Shown here: one piece after another, positions 43,602-59,800 of the stretch
How the letters are laid out: each line of letters opens with the position of its first letter
How positions within the stretch are numbered: position 1 is the stretch's first letter
Assembly (NCBI GenBank): GCA_964016885.1
Contig: OZ024743.1
Location: 273,916,001 to 273,980,000, forward strand
DNA length: 64,000 bases
Source of the DNA: Eledone cirrhosa
Taxonomy: Eukaryota
Direction: 5' to 3'
Notes under the pieces: generated by a model
What the model was told of the DNA's origin: nothing
The model's input: only the letters and a program-made list of their open reading frames with translations
The model's database searches: none
Translations under genes and position numbers: made by a program

Positions 43602-44274
43602 TTAAAAGTATATACATATATATAATGCACTATATACAAACAAATTTTACGATTCTTATTTGACCTTTTTATATATATATATATATATATATGATCGTAT
43701 ACATATATTGGAAAATGTGTGATATCCTTGGTACAGTTAAGCATACTTTAAACAAGGAATAGAATGACTTCACCTGTAGTTCTAAAAAGTTTAATTTAAT
43801 TTTATATTATTATAATTTTACAATTTGGTGTTGTAGATCTAGTAACTTCTTTGTTACCGTCGATGTGGAGACTTTTTTAAAGATTCTTGGTTTGACAATG
43901 ACCACCTACGAATGCGAAAATTTTCTCCAGCAAAGTTAACCAGGAATCTTTAAAAATCTTCCCACCGAAGTTAACAAAAGACTTACTAGATTTTAATTGA
44001 AAAATTAAAATATTATAAAATTAGATTAAATTGTGTAGAACTTACAAGTGAAGTCATTCTTTTCTTTTTTTTAATATATAGTATATTAAACATACAGTAT
44101 ATTGCCAAATATACTATATATACATTCATGTATACATCACTATTTCAGAGCACAAATACTAATTCCTAATGTTTGCTGGACCGGCAACCACTCTGTTCAA
44201 CCAGCTCTTAAATATTATTCGAATTCTATAAGAGTCCAGTTTCTATACTTCTTGGCAGAAGCAAAGGGATGAGT

Positions 44275-44317
44275 AGTCTTGATAACCACTAACGAGCGAG
44301 AAACATGACTGTCGATT
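44275..44317 (+). ncRNA. Minimal hammerhead-like motif, U3-A8 core
   Basis: AGTC-TTGATAA-(weak stem II)-GAAA-CATGACTG-TC-GATT. Confidence 0.4.
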
Positions 44318-44453
44318 ACTCTCCTTTGTTTTTGCCGAGAATAAGTAAGTGACATAATCACTACTTTAAAACTCATGACGAATGGCCTTCAAAATGTGTT
44401 TAAGCAAACATACAGTATATTACCAAATATACTATACATACATTCATTTATAT

Positions 44454-44674
44454 GAAAGCGCGTGGGTTGGTGGTTAGAAAAATGGATTCACAATCATGAG
44501 GTTTTCAGTTTGATTTCCGGACCGGGCGATGCGTTATGTCCTTGGGTAATATACTTTATTTCATGTTGCTCCTTCTATCTGGAGTTGTGATCGATAGATA
44601 GTATTAGCACTTAGAAAGACCAATGGAAACATTGTTTCCATGGTCTGATTTGACGAAAGTCGATCGACTGTCGA

Positions 44675-44675
<1 letters not shown>
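44454..44675 (+). mobile_element. tRNA-derived SINE, family 2
   Basis: Collinear homologue of 13641-13860. Confidence 0.8.
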
Positions 44676-44756
<81 letters not shown>

Positions 44757-45565
44757 GAGAGAGAGGGTGTCCCCAAAACTGTATACAAACTTCAACAGTA
44801 TTCTAATAAAAGTATATATACATTTTTGGGGGGACACACTGTATGTATAATATGGATGTATGTTCATATATTTCCATTTGTGTATGACTTCAACTATTCA
44901 AACGATGAATCCTTACGTAAGACATGCTTCAGCACATTATGTTCAGTCTGTCTCGTCTCAAATATGCTGCCTTTTACCTATATATATCCAGTCACACCAA
45001 TGCACCAGCACAGAGGGCACTCACAAATACATAAGAACATACATATATGGAGGAATAGTCAGAACGAACATGTTCAAATGTTAACTTGTATCACGTTTTT
45101 ACGAGAATGAACAAGGGTGTGTGTGTGTATGCATGTGTGTGTGTGTGAGTGTGTGTGTGTGAAATAATTGAATATGTGGACAAATCGTCCGACCATGTTG
45201 TAATTTCTCTGTAATTTAGAGTTAACTAGAACATTCCGTATAACAGACTTCGGATAACATTCAAGTTTTTAGAATCTTTAGCAATTAGATTAGAATAATT
45301 ATAACATTAGAATTGAGGTTTGCTTTTCACATTATCCTACTTTATCGAATAATCTCAGTGAATGGGAGACTTGAGCATCTCTGAGCATTCGTTTCGTCTA
45401 TGTAGATACCTATTTTTGATATTAAAAATAATTTTAACAAGGACTCGATTATTTCTATTGTTATCATGGATTGAATCATCAATGATGTTATGAAGCTGTC
45501 CAGCACTGTAGATATCGAAATACAAGTTAAAATTATAATTTTTAAAAAAGCATCAGAAAAATAAT

Positions 45566-45760
45566 TATTTCTACTTTTGGCACAAGGCCAGCAATTATAT
45601 CCCACTGTATTACTGGTACTTTATTTTATCGACCCCGTATGGATGGAAGGCATAGTTAGCGTCGGTAGGATTTGAAATCAGACCATAAAGTGCCGTAAAT
45701 GGTCTGAGTTCAAATCCCGCGAGGTTAACTTTGCCTTTCATCCTTACGGGGTTGATAGAA
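45566..45760. mobile_element. Two partial family-1 SINE copies in opposite orientation
   Basis: 45566-45700 minus copy abuts a plus copy starting TCTGAGTTCAAATCCCG at about 45703. Confidence 0.75.
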
Positions 45761-46489
45761 AAATAATAAGAAAAGAACAAACATATATTTTCTCTTCCGT
45801 TACATATTCATCTAAGATTTCGATGAATTATATTTCCATTTTCATTAGAATCTCTTTGTTTCATTGAAGAGATGATAAAAGTAATAGCTCACACCACAGA
45901 ACAAACAAGATCTGATGTAACACAAGAAGGTCACTCTAAGAACTTTAAAGTTCAAATTTTAAATTTTATTGACACACAGCGCACACAGTTACCGATTTCT
46001 GCTTTGTATTTCCTCCTCCACTAATCTTAGGATGGTTCTGCTTTGATCCGGGTTGCGTTAAGTCACGTATATTTCGAGTAGATCGGTGTAGTGACATTTA
46101 CAGGGGCAGGTCATTATTGTTCATGTTGCAGAATGTTGTAAGCTCGTTCACATGTGGTAATCACGACCTGTCCAGTTATTTTATGTCGACAGACGGAATG
46201 ATTGTATCGTATGTCCGAATAGAAAAATTGAACTTCCTGAGAGTTGTGGAAATAGATAAAGACTTTTATAGTATGAGTTGCTTCACCTGTTATTATTAGC
46301 AACTGAACAATAAACCATGACCGAACACCCAATACACCGTAACACATCACTCGACGCGTGGGTCAGTAAAAGGCGCGTCTCCTTATATTAAATCAAGTCA
46401 GTGTCTAGAACTGGTTACTGTATTCTTACAGAAATACATGACATGAAATTTATAAATATAAATTCTTTCAACACTAGCAGCATAAATAA

Positions 46490-48330
46490 CATTAGAAAAT
46501 AAATGGAAATAGAGCACCCTGCGAAATTTACAAGCTTAAAGTTACTTGAGTACAAGAATACCGATATTACGATCCTGAAGATATAATCAAATATGATTTA
46601 AGAATCTGTTAGGAAATTGTGTCCAATTCAGCAGACAAGGCTTAAAACAATTCAACTATTGGAGGGGTAGACATGATACTTATATCAAAGAACAAGAAGG
46701 CTTCATTAGGAAGGATGTAGAATTACGGTCTAATGTCCACTTAAATCAAAAAGCTAAATTTACAAGCAGAGTTATCAACGAAATAACTGGAAGAAAGAAA
46801 TCATTCAAGAGTAAGATAAAAGCTGAAAGCCCCGAGGAAATAATAAAGTTGTGGAAGGTAAATTTTGCTAAGTTACTTGGACAATATCCATTGATAGTTG
46901 AAGGAAATATTGACAAGATGCAATCAAGTTGACACAAAACAACAAAGCTAGAGGCTTGGATAATGTACCAGCAGAAGCATGTATGTAAGATGAGCTATTT
47001 GGAATCTGCCAAAATACTTTGAAAGTAAATGTACCGCAAATATAGTGAATAGGAGGAACTGTGTCTCTATCCAAGAAGAGTGAAATGGGAAATACAGCAA
47101 ATTACTGGGGAATAACTCTGTCATTAGCTGCAGCTAAATTCTACAAAATACACACCACTAAACAGAATAAAAGCACATATAGACCCGGAAGTCAGAATAA
47201 ATCTAAATCATTTCAGACGGAGTCGATCAACTGCCTTAACAATATTGACACTGCTGAGGCTACTACAAGGTATTAAAACAAAGAACATGAAAGATGTACT
47301 AAATATAATTGAATTCAAAAAGGTTTTTGACTCGAGTCATAGAGGAACGTTTATGTCAATTCTAGTTGCATATGACATACCTGATAACACAGTTTCTGCT
47401 ATAAATGTTACTCTACGCACACACAAAACTCAGGTTCATTCGCCTGGTGGTGATATCGATTTTGTGACATTTTATTGTGTGTCCATCAAGGTAACACATT
47501 GGCTTCCTATCATTTCATAATCGCTCTGGACAATGCCTCGAAGGAAGTAATTGTTAATTAGCAAGATCTCGGTTTTACATTGAGCCGAAGAAGAGGTAAA
47601 CGACACCCACTAACTGTTGTGTGTAATACAGATTTTGCTGGTGACAAAGCTAGTTTATGAAATACCGTTGACCAAGCTGAAGATCGTCTTCATAAAGTCG
47701 AATTCTCTGAAAGAAAGTTGATCTACACTTAAGTATTACCAATGCAGAGTGCATGTCCCTAAACCAAGAAGAAAGAACTATTATCGCACTGGATGGTGGG
47801 ATACTAAATCCAGTTGATATTGTTCTATATTTGAACAGCTGGAGGAATTCATCAAAAAAGGACATTGTCCGTAGAATTACCAAAGTCTGGACTGCAATGG
47901 AGGGATATAGAAGTCAGATCTACTCAGAAAAATTTAAATATTATCTTTCAGAATAACTGTTGAGTCAGTGTTGTTGTAAGGATAAGGTACATGGATTGTG
48001 ACACAAACACTTCAGAGAAAACTAGATGGTGCATACACTAAAATGATTAGGTTTGTACAAAATATAAGCTGGCGTCAACGTACAACAAATGAAAGATTAT
48101 ACAGAAACCCGCCAACGATAACAACTACAATTGCTCAAAGGCGGATTCAATTTGCAGGAAATTAACCACAAGCAACTATTGTAGAAACTAATTCACGGGA
48201 GAAGCAGTAGAGAAAACGTGCTCAAACCTTCATCGATTAATTTTCAGATGATACAAACCTCAGTAAGGAGCAGTTGCCAGGAAAAATGGTGTGTCGTGAA
48301 TTGTGGAGAGATTTTGTCAGCAATCTTCTA
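46490..48330 (+). mobile_element. Old degraded RTE-like LINE (RT region)
   Basis: KK..MGNTANYWGITL..AAKFY, IEFKKVFDS.HRG, ILVAYDIP, TDFAGD, VESVLL.G..TW.VT..L..KLDGAYTKM..VQNISW; many stops. Boundaries approximate. Confidence 0.78.
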
Positions 48331-48514
48331 GAATGTATAAAAGCACAGAGTTTATTGTTGCTGTAAATATTGTGTAAAGCAGAAAGGTTTGAAGGAAGTG
48401 GTCAATGATGTTGAGCCTCTATTTATACATATGTAAGCATATGTTTATTGTATATAAAAGTATTATAAATGCATGTCTTTATATATACCCTCTCACTCAC
48501 TCTCTATCTCTCTA

Positions 48515-48907
<393 letters not shown>

Positions 48908-48965
48908 TCCTTTACAATTCGAACACATGTATGTTTATATTTGTGTTTATCTCCCTTGTATGTTC

Positions 48966-49011
<46 letters not shown>

Positions 49012-49123
49012 ATATTTGGATGTCTATATACATATATAATAAAAATATATATATGTATTTATACATACACACACACACACACAGACACACACACACAGAC
49101 ACACACACATACACACACACTCT

Positions 49124-49158
<35 letters not shown>

Positions 49159-50074
49159 ATACTTGGGGAGGGTCATATTTGTGTAATATTGCCAGAATTA
49201 ATAACAGAACACACTGTTTGGTTGGTTTTCGCTTCTCGCTTCTGTGTCTTTTATATCGGTAATCTAATATACTCGGTCCTCAATGTTGCCATTGACTGAC
49301 CGGCGGTCAAAAATAATACAGATACAATATAGACACAAACACATATATATAGTTTATCATAAATCTTTCGTTGCACATCTGCAACATCGTCAGGGGTGCT
49401 ATATTTTCCTCCTGTTGTATTGTATGTCTACGCCATTTTTATTCAGTCTGTCTATATATTTATTTATTTATTTGCTTGTTTGTTTATTTTATTTTGTCTT
49501 CTTTGCGCATGCGTTTGCGTGTGTGTATAGTGTTTTGTTTGCTGTGTGATGGGTGACTAGTGTGTGTTTATGTGCTTGTTGTTATTGTGCTTGTGTATGT
49601 ATTTATTTATTTATTTATTTATTTTATTTACTTATTTATACTTATACTTTCGGTGAATGCTGTGTTGGTACATTCTTATATTTGTTACCTTATATTTGTT
49701 TTTTTCTCCGACATCGCTTCGGTGTGTGTGAGAGTGTGTGCGTACCCACCCACACTAACTGTGACCTTGTATAATTCTACTGGTTTGATACTCTGTTGAT
49801 GTGTCTATATATATGTATATATTTCTTTCTTTGACCTCGACCCGGTGTATGTGTGTGTACTCACTCACATTAACTGTGACCCACTATATCTCTACAGATT
49901 TGATTGATGTCCAGCGTCTTTTGCATCGATAGAAGTCCGACAACGTTTATGACCTCAACTGAAGTTAATAGCAGTCGCCGTGTCTCTGACTGGTGTGTTT
50001 TCATATGAGGGAATGAATTCTGTGAGAGAACATCGTTATTTTTTACCTCCTCATATCAAGAATTTGAAGACAAT

Positions 50075-50160
50075 TCATTTTCACCTGATGAGATCAGTGA
50101 TAATCGATCATGGCTTCACAATCGATCTATCTTTTTGAAACATGTGTCGCGATTAAATGA
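50075..50160 (+). ncRNA. Type I hammerhead-like motif with canonical core
   Basis: TCATTT.TCAC-CTGATGA(50085)-GATC..GATCT..-GAAA(50137)-CATGTG-TC(50148)-GCGA..AAATGA. Confidence 0.58.
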
Positions 50161-50497
50161 TTGGAATTTCACATATATGAAAGAGAGAGAAAATAAAGGT
50201 GTCATGTTAATATACACCAAAATTCCCATTCACGTTAAGAGGGTATTCTTAACAAAAAGCAAATAGACATCTTTCCGGAAATATGCAGAAATTAACTACG
50301 CAATAGTTAACCGGATAATAGATTACGTTATATTTCATGTTTCAGAGACATGTTTTAGAGACTATTGTATAATAAATCTTTCTTCGAACCTCAACAAAGA
50401 TTGTCTCGTTTTTCCTGATATAAAAATATATACTACACATCCATGTGTGTGTATGTGTGATTCTAAATAAATATATGTATGTATATGAATGTATATG

Positions 50498-50573
<76 letters not shown>

Positions 50574-50843
50574 TATATATATGAATGTATGGTTATATAT
50601 ATACACGTATACTTTGTATATTCAAATAGCGTCAATTGCTCTATTAAATTCACATCATAAGTCTCACATGAGAATCTAATAGATCAATAACTATTAGATC
50701 TTAAACATTTGCACGAGTATAATTAAATATTTCACACTATATTTAAAAGTATTGATTACCATTTTGTAAGACGGATCTTTTAAACATTCGATGCATTTGG
50801 ATGTCTATATACATATATAATAAAAATATATATATGTATTTAT

Positions 50844-50883
<40 letters not shown>

Positions 50884-50914
50884 ACACACACACACAGACA
50901 CACACACACACACA

Positions 50915-51060
<146 letters not shown>

Positions 51061-51637
51061 GGGAGAGATAGAGAGATTATCCAAATCACAGAAAGTATAG
51101 GTTGTAGCAGCTGATAGGTTGTGGCTTAGAAAATCAGGTGAAATACTCCTATGTAGGGAACAATGTGGCCAGCAGCTGCCACGTGGTATTGAGATCGGTA
51201 TCCCCAAATTATGGCTGAGGGCTCCAGCCATTTAAATAAAAAGGGTGGCCTCTGTGAAATGATTTGGTCAGAAATATTTAAGTTCAGATAAGCTCGTAAT
51301 ATTTACACAACAGTTACCATCGTAATACGTATAACAGCGAATGTGTAACAAATAAATTAAGGAATATCTACCCCATTGACTTCTAATTCATTGTTATCAC
51401 TATACTTCCGAGTAAACGGACCTACATTTGTACTTCGTCTAGTGTTGTTATTTCTACAATAGTTTCGTTCGATTAACTAACACATAATATACCATGTATA
51501 TATATATAAATATGTATATATATATATATGGGGGGGGGGGGCATGTGTGTGCGATTGTGAGTATATATATATATATGAAGGAATTTGTAGTTTACTTGAA
51601 GCATTATCGTGGCTTTGAAACTTCGAATCCTTTATAC

Positions 51638-51689
<52 letters not shown>

Positions 51690-54600
51690 CGTACGTACAT
51701 ATATGTGTCTATGTATGTATACGTGTGAGCATGTGTGTGTATTTATATAATATAAATTACTTATTATCTGCAAAATATGTTCAGACATTTTGAAGTGCTA
51801 TCTAGTTTTATTTTTAAATATGCATTTTCTAACTTTCAATTCGCCAGACGTTTGTTAACGTCCACTTAACGTCATCAGTAATTTAATTTTTGATTTGATT
51901 TATATAATATCATTATAGAAAAAAATGGTGTTCTTTTCCATGAGTTGTAGCCATAAATCTTCAATCAGATTTTTGTTGACGATAAATGATACTTATGTTG
52001 GTTATGAGTATATATCCTGCCATTCTATGAACGAAATGTTTTGGAAATGTTTTCAATTGTGTTTGTGTGTCTTATTTTTAAATATACTAATTTTTAAATT
52101 CTATTTTCAATGTTCCCGTTTGTATTTATACGAATGGGAACATTTGCAGAATTACATTCCTTGAGAAATTAACAATGTTCTACGTCTATAAATTGAAGGT
52201 ATATTATATATAAATCTCTCTATAAGATGTAGAATTTATATAATCTGTACTGTTTTCGCAAAAAGAATGTAGTTGATAGATCTAATAAGCCATGGTGGTC
52301 CACAGTATAGGAACAGCAGCAGAATATATATTTCTGTGAAATTTTAGGGTTTCCTTTTTTTTCTTTTTATAGAGTACACTCGTAAAGTTTCATTTCTTAC
52401 GCTATTTCATCAGCTACAGACCTTGCATTGTCTCCAGTTCAGAGTCAAATTCGACATTATGATAGGATTATAATGGAAATTGTCAAGAATATATGATCAA
52501 CATAATTTTTGTTGAAAGATTTTTCAGAATGCATTATATATGGTTGTCTGCACATTACTGCGCATTACTGCTGCAGCTGCATTGCCGAGTGAATTAGACA
52601 TCTATTGATGCAACATATTTTATATTTCTGTGTTGAATGGCACCTTTCGAAACGCTAACTCCTGTTCAAAATAAAATCTTCGATTACACTTTACCGGCTA
52701 TTTTGTATTTAGTATTTCCTAACGTGAACCACGACTATCTCATCAGTTGCTATTGTTTCACACTGATATATAAATTAAGATGAATGATATTTCATAACGC
52801 TTGGGCTTTTATTTATAACTTTTGGAGCTTAAAGAATGTAAATTAACCTAGAAATGTAATCGAAAGCTTGCCATGTGATCTGGGCTTTAATACTTTACAT
52901 TAGCCTTTTCTAATTGATATGTTTATTTAACATAAGAGTTAGTGACGTGGAGTTATCCGTTTAAATAAACCTCAGTACTTGATGGGTTTATTATTTTATC
53001 GATAGTTGATGGAGAAGACTTCTCGTTGACCTCTACGAAATTCTATCGTAATCAATAGCAAGTAAAATCCTCAAGGAAATATATCCGACAAGACACAGAA
53101 TCCATCAATACACAGCCCTTTTTCTATTCTATAGTGTATGCTAATATATATTGAACGTATTTTCTAAATGAACTGTTCGATGGTCAATGGTTAGATACTT
53201 TCCTACATCTGTACCAACAAATGGGAACTAATTGAAGGCCAATATGACAGCATTTAAAAATTAGTGTAAAGATTTACATGTTACTTTTTTCCGATTTTCC
53301 AGAGATTTATTTTTCCTTTTTTTACATTGCTTGCACTATTTGCAAAACCTATTTCTTCAGAGCACTCCAGATTTACATTTAAACATGTAAAAGGATATAT
53401 CCTGATCTTCAACAATGCTATTTCCTTCATTGATTTATATATCACGTTGCTATTATTTGTGAAATGAATAAAAGGTTAGAAACGAAATCAATATCTGTTC
53501 GATTAAGGTTTGTGAACTTGTACGATGGTTCAACATCTTCTATTGGGCATTGTTATTTATTTATTTCCCTGTAGAGAATACTCTTTCTTATAAAACGTAC
53601 ATTGTTGTTTTATATTTTTGTGAAATACATATCTCAATCTCTTAACATATATGATAATATGTTTGATATGTCGATGTTAGCAGATAGTGAATGTACATAT
53701 AACCAAAGCTGAAGGTATATTATACGAAGTTTTACATTAATATCCATAAAAAGATATTTGTTCTCCAGTCGGACAATATGATATACATCTTTACGCTGAA
53801 GTGAAAAGATTTACAAAAAGAGTGTTCAAAATGTAAACAAATTGAAGTACTTGAAGACTAATACGTTTTACTCAGAAATGCTGAACAATGATGTTCCTCT
53901 GTTTGAACTTCTAAAACTCAAATCTTTAAGGGGCCATGCTAATAAAAAGTATTATTTAATGGAACGTAAACACATTTTGTCTTTATGGCATAAGGCTCTG
54001 TGGTTAAGACGTTTCGTTTAAAATAATGTTTCTCAGTGTTCAGGTCCACTACGCAGTACTTTCGTACATATTTCATTAACACCTTGGGTTTACCAATACT
54101 TAGTGAGTAGAAATCTTGTCAGGCTGTTCTTCATTTTATTCAGCAAGTTAAGAACTGATAGAAGGCACGTTCCTTTTGTGTATCAGAGAAATCTGGTTGT
54201 GTAGTTTTCCCCATAATTATTTCTTGTTTATAATATATTGTTCCACCCACATTACGTTTATTGTCGCTTATGAACTGTTTTGTTGATTTCTCTGTTGTAC
54301 CCAGTGTAAATTTCCTACTGATGATTGTTTTTTTTTTTAGTTTTTATTTTTCAGTTTCTTACTCTCCCGAATGTCTCTTACTCTCCCGAAAGTGGTCTAT
54401 ACAGTAATATTTCTTATTAATCTTTGAAGGCAGTGGATTGGTAGAATCATAAGTATGTAGGACAAAATACTTTACTGGATTTACTTACTGAAGTTTTACA
54501 TTCTGCATCGAAATCCGGGGGGCGTTAACTCTAGAGTCGGTAAAATAAAGTAGCGGTCAAGTACTGAAAATACAGTCCATCCAGTTGTTAGTCAACTGCT

Positions 54601-55689
54601 CAAATAAGATGTTTACTGTCATAAAATGTCATTATGTAATCGAACACCATTTTAAACTTTTCGATCCTACATGAAAAATTGTATATAAGTTCATGCACTT
54701 ACTTATGCATCTATATTTTAATATCTGCAATATTTTAAAACGTTCTTTTATAACTGTTGTTTTCTTACTATCTTTCTCCCTGAAGATAACGTTATTTCTG
54801 TATATATACTCATTGAAAATAAAACCCTTTTAAATATCTTCAATCAGATATAACTTAAGTACAATGGCATTGAAAAATACACTATTTCATTATTATTTAT
54901 ATTGTTATTATCAACATCAATTATGTTTGTCATTTAGACAAATGCTATATATCCTTAGAGTTTTCATAATCTGGAAATAAGATTTCTCTTAGAAAATTGC
55001 ATATATTGATAAATTCAGTTTAAAAATATGAATGTGCGAGATATTGTACTACAGATTGGATACTTCCTGATTCATTATAAACTCATTGACATTTTAAAAC
55101 TTGTTTTTCTGCTTCCTGTATTAATGTTTTTAATCAAACTTTGAAAGAATGGTAAAACCTGCTGAGAAATATATTAACATATTCTAAGAATCATTCTACT
55201 GCAGATTACACTACTTTTACAATATTTCAATGCTAAAATATAAATTTCAATGCTCAATATAAATTGTACAAATTCATTGGAAAATAAACTCATAGATTTC
55301 CTATTTCATAGCATTGGTTACCAACAAATAGAAGCGAATAAGCAGCTAAAACAGTAGATAGCAATCTAACTACCTTGTAATAGTTAGTTAGATCGGGGGT
55401 GAAATAAGATTCCGCTAGTTTCAATGTTCAATCTCTTCAAATTCGATAACGAAAATACTAGAGGTTGTCCACTTACTTTCTTTTGACTCGCCATTTACAT
55501 CCATTGTTATAAATGGGACAATGTATTGCCGCATAAGATTGTTATTTGAAAAAAAGATTCAGCCAAGAAAATACAGCCCATAACTGGATTCGCACAAATT
55601 CAAAAGAACACAAGTTGACTTACAAATGATAGTCAACGATTGATGCCAATCCAAGAGAAATTGGAGGTTCACGTATGAGTATATAGAGA

Positions 55690-56020
55690 AAATTACAGAG
55701 TAATTACTTTGTCATTGGTGCCAGTTAAAATCTAAAACAGAATGTTACTAAACAGAATAAATCTACATCTAGACACGACACTGAAATTAAATCAAAATGG
55801 TTTTAGACAATGGATCGACTGTCTCACAAATATTAGTACTGCGGAGGCGTTAGATCTAAGAACATGAACCCATTACTAAATTTCATTCCTTTTTACTACA
55901 ACCAAAGAGGAATGGCCATCCTAATTGCATATAACATATCTGATACGATAATTCCTGCTATAAATATACACTACACAGGACCTCAAGTTCTCTCTCCTGA
56001 TGTTGGTACCGAGGTTTCGT
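55690..56020 (+). mobile_element. Short RTE-like LINE RT remnant
   Basis: NQNGFRQ..STVSQILVLRR and ILIAYNISD..I.AINI, similar to 47150-47460. Confidence 0.55.
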
Positions 56021-56741
56021 AATTAAATATGTATATGGTGCAATACAGATTCTTTGTTCCAATTTATTATTATTGATACTCTGCTCCCCATGAGCATCGA
56101 GTGCTCATTTAGGCATACCGCATGTGAACGCAATTCAATTGCAACTCTACAGGATATTGCCTAATAGCGTTTGTCTAAATTCAAATAATGAACTTTTCTC
56201 GCGTTGTACACACTTTTGGTAATACCTATAACGTAATTTCAAAGCTCAGAACTGACTAACCTGAATAATCTATTATAATCTGGACTGAATAACATGAATA
56301 ATCTATTAAATTCTGAGTTTTCAGTTTGTTCCCCACCCGCTCTAACGTGAGCCGCCTTCCTTTTCGGAAGAGACATCTTCTGCACATGCGTATTCGTACA
56401 ATTGTTTTTTCCTTTTCTGTGTAATCTCATTTAAACCGAGCTAATGATCCGACTAATGTGAAACAATTGTTCTTGGAAATGGTGAATTAAATGTTGTGGA
56501 ACTACTTTATTTATTTATATATATATACATAGTTTATTAGAGTATAACGTTTAGTTATTATTGGTTTGCCAGTTTTAACACTCAGTGCTAAATTTCGGAA
56601 GGTTGCCTACACCGATCATAGCTTGAACTAATCAGTCTCGAAACACGGGTCACACGTGAATAAACATAATGGTGGTACTGCTGGCCTTGTACCAAAAGTA
56701 GAAACAATTATATCATATATATATATATATATATATATATG

Positions 56742-56815
<74 letters not shown>

Positions 56816-59800
56816 GAGAGAGAGGGGGAGATTTATCTGTCACTGTTATTAATAAAGATATTCTATATATAGACCACAAAACCTCAAACGGATAGGAATA
56901 GAGGAGTATGAATTTATGTATTATATGGGTTTCTCTGGTGACATTAACCAAATAAATATCTTCAAATGATCAAAGAAACCGGACTTGAAATAAATGTGCG
57001 TGTTTGGAACTAGAAGTGTATGGAACTTAGTAAATCGATAAACCTGATATTCGGGGATCTGATCGATAATGTTATGCAGCTAAGGATATAGTAAGTGTTA
57101 ATATGTACAAATGCATTGGAACATTTAATTACACTTATGAATATATGAAAGAAATCAAGACAAAAACATAATTGGAAGCAAACCTTTTGATTAATTATGA
57201 ATAAATAACAATGCCATGATCATGATGTACGTGTTTCGCATCGATTAAAATTTTAATAAAGTTTCAAGAGTTCCGTTTTAGTTTCTGTATATGATAACGT
57301 CTTTTGTTAGATGCCGTCAGTAGATTTGCTGGATGTAGAGAAAATTTATTCAATTTGAAGTAACATAATACATAAAAGGAAAATAATTACGAGGCTTTCT
57401 CTTTATATAGTAATATTGATTTGGTGAAACATCTCATCCGTCTCCATCTTATAAGTATTTTAGCAGTACATAATATTCCAATAATTCTTTCGTGAAATTA
57501 TGAGATATAGCAGGAGACAAACACATCGGTACGGCATGAACTAAACCTTTAAATAATTACCAGGGAAATTGAAATAGCGTTCACAACGCAGTGATTTTGT
57601 GGTGGAATTCCATCTTAATATATCGTGTATTAATAATGCGTAAAGGTCACGGCCCGGTTCAAAGTTGATCTGACCAATTGAAAGGCGTTTTGCTGCAAAA
57701 CTGAAGAAAGATAGGTTCAAAATGTCACACTAGAACAAGAAGGATAAATGCCATGAGAATGATGCATATAAAAGAAGTGGTTCGGATGGAATCGTTCAAT
57801 TCATTTAAATTAGTTCCAAATTACAATTAACTGGACTATGATAATAATTTGAATGGACGGTAGCAATTGAGTACAAGCGAAGCAATGTGAGAACAATACA
57901 GTATATATATTATTCACACAAATGGAGAATTGAAGAGCTGTGTAGGAAAAAGACTTTTAGACAAGAGAGAAAATCATGTAAAAGTTGTAATTCTATATAT
58001 TCATAAGATAAATACACAAAAAAATAACACTGCTCCTTATGGACGGACAAAATCACGCAAATACGCACACACACGCGCACTTACATAACCACACACAAAA
58101 GCACACACACAAGCAAACACCCACAGACATGAGGTTACCGTGCTAATCAAATTCTACCGGCTTAAATAAAGAGGGATACATTTGAAATGTAGTCATTGAT
58201 ATATATAATAAATTGATTGATATAATATAAAATGAATTCCAGCTTTCTGAGTTGTAGTTCTTTGGCAAATAACTTGTCTCAATAGACCTGTCATTGAAGA
58301 GGCCGCAGATGTATAATGGAGATGTTTACACCTTGAGACCTAAACGAAAAATAATAATAGCTGGATGTGTCTTTAAAGGAGTAGCTATTTAGATAGCGAA
58401 ATCCCAGAATCCTTAGATCATCTAGTAGAATGCCTCGGGGTGTTTATACCGGCACTCTGCGCTCAGAGTTCGATACATAAGCAGCCAGTCAAAGGGTATG
58501 GATTTTTCTCTACTTCCTTTTTTTCTCATGATGCCAATTTTCATGAAGATATTAAGTTATTTTATGCATGTCGAGCTAGCAATTAAACATTAAAATGTAG
58601 GAAGATATATTTGCATACAGCGAGTTATGTTAAGCCTTGATGTTTACACAGGTGAAATTCGAACGCAAGATAGTCTGATCGAAGTAGTTATTGTGAAACA
58701 TAAAAACGTGTTATGTGCAATGTTTGCTTAGACATCCGCCATACAAAAATCAATATATACTTGTGGTTTTAATACAAGTCTGTATACAAATTTTCCCTAG
58801 ATGTGATGCAAAGTTGGCTCTTCTCCAAATGCGAATCCTAAATTATCCCTAAACTATTATGCATATAGCAGCGATGATTCTTATCCAATACATTAAGGAA
58901 AAGGCCTTTAACTGAAATTGTCATTTGCTAAATCTCTCGAAATTCGTTTGTCAACTTATGTCGAATACAATGAATTTTGAAGCTAATATCTCACAGGAAT
59001 ATTGCGTTCCTTGGGGCGTGTGCACTCATTTGCATTTAACTTTTTCATAACACTATTCAATTTAATTAATGAAAATGTGTGAATGTTTGCATTGCTAAAA
59101 TAATAACTTAATATATGTCTCTTATATATAATTATAAAAATGAACCCCCTAGGTTGATTTTCTACTACAGTATATGTGTGTGCGTGTATCGTAATGTATG
59201 TATGAATCTACAAATAAATGAAAACACAAAACCTATATATTTTTGATATGCTAATGATAAGAATTCGTAACAAGATATTTCGACTTGCGCTTTATTTGAT
59301 TTAATGAAACGATTTTTATTCTCTGCTGAACACCCTAAACTTAAATAAGCAAGATGGGATATGAGCCAGTAATCAAAAGAGGTATGATTAAAACAGCAAC
59401 ACATGACCTTCGATGATATTCGGACCAATACCGATTTAATGATATAAACAGATGTTCATCGACTCCAGGGAAAATGATAAAAGCTTGGAACTACATGTTT
59501 CATTCTGCGGTTTATTTTTTTTATACATAAATATTTATCTTTACCATGGTCAGAAAGCCACGCGGACACATGCTTAGAAAATTGAATTTAATATTAGTGA
59601 GGTATGATGTTAATTTAAATATCTGGTTTTGTCCAGATTGGTATAAACGGGGTTAAACCGCAAGCATTACATATATAATTTCAGTATTCAGCCGTAGACC
59701 TATACAGAAACCAACGAGACGCCAGTAGCAATTAATTATACCCACGCCAACCTGGATGAAATACAAATACAGCTTCGGCAGGTTTTGAACTCGTAAATGG

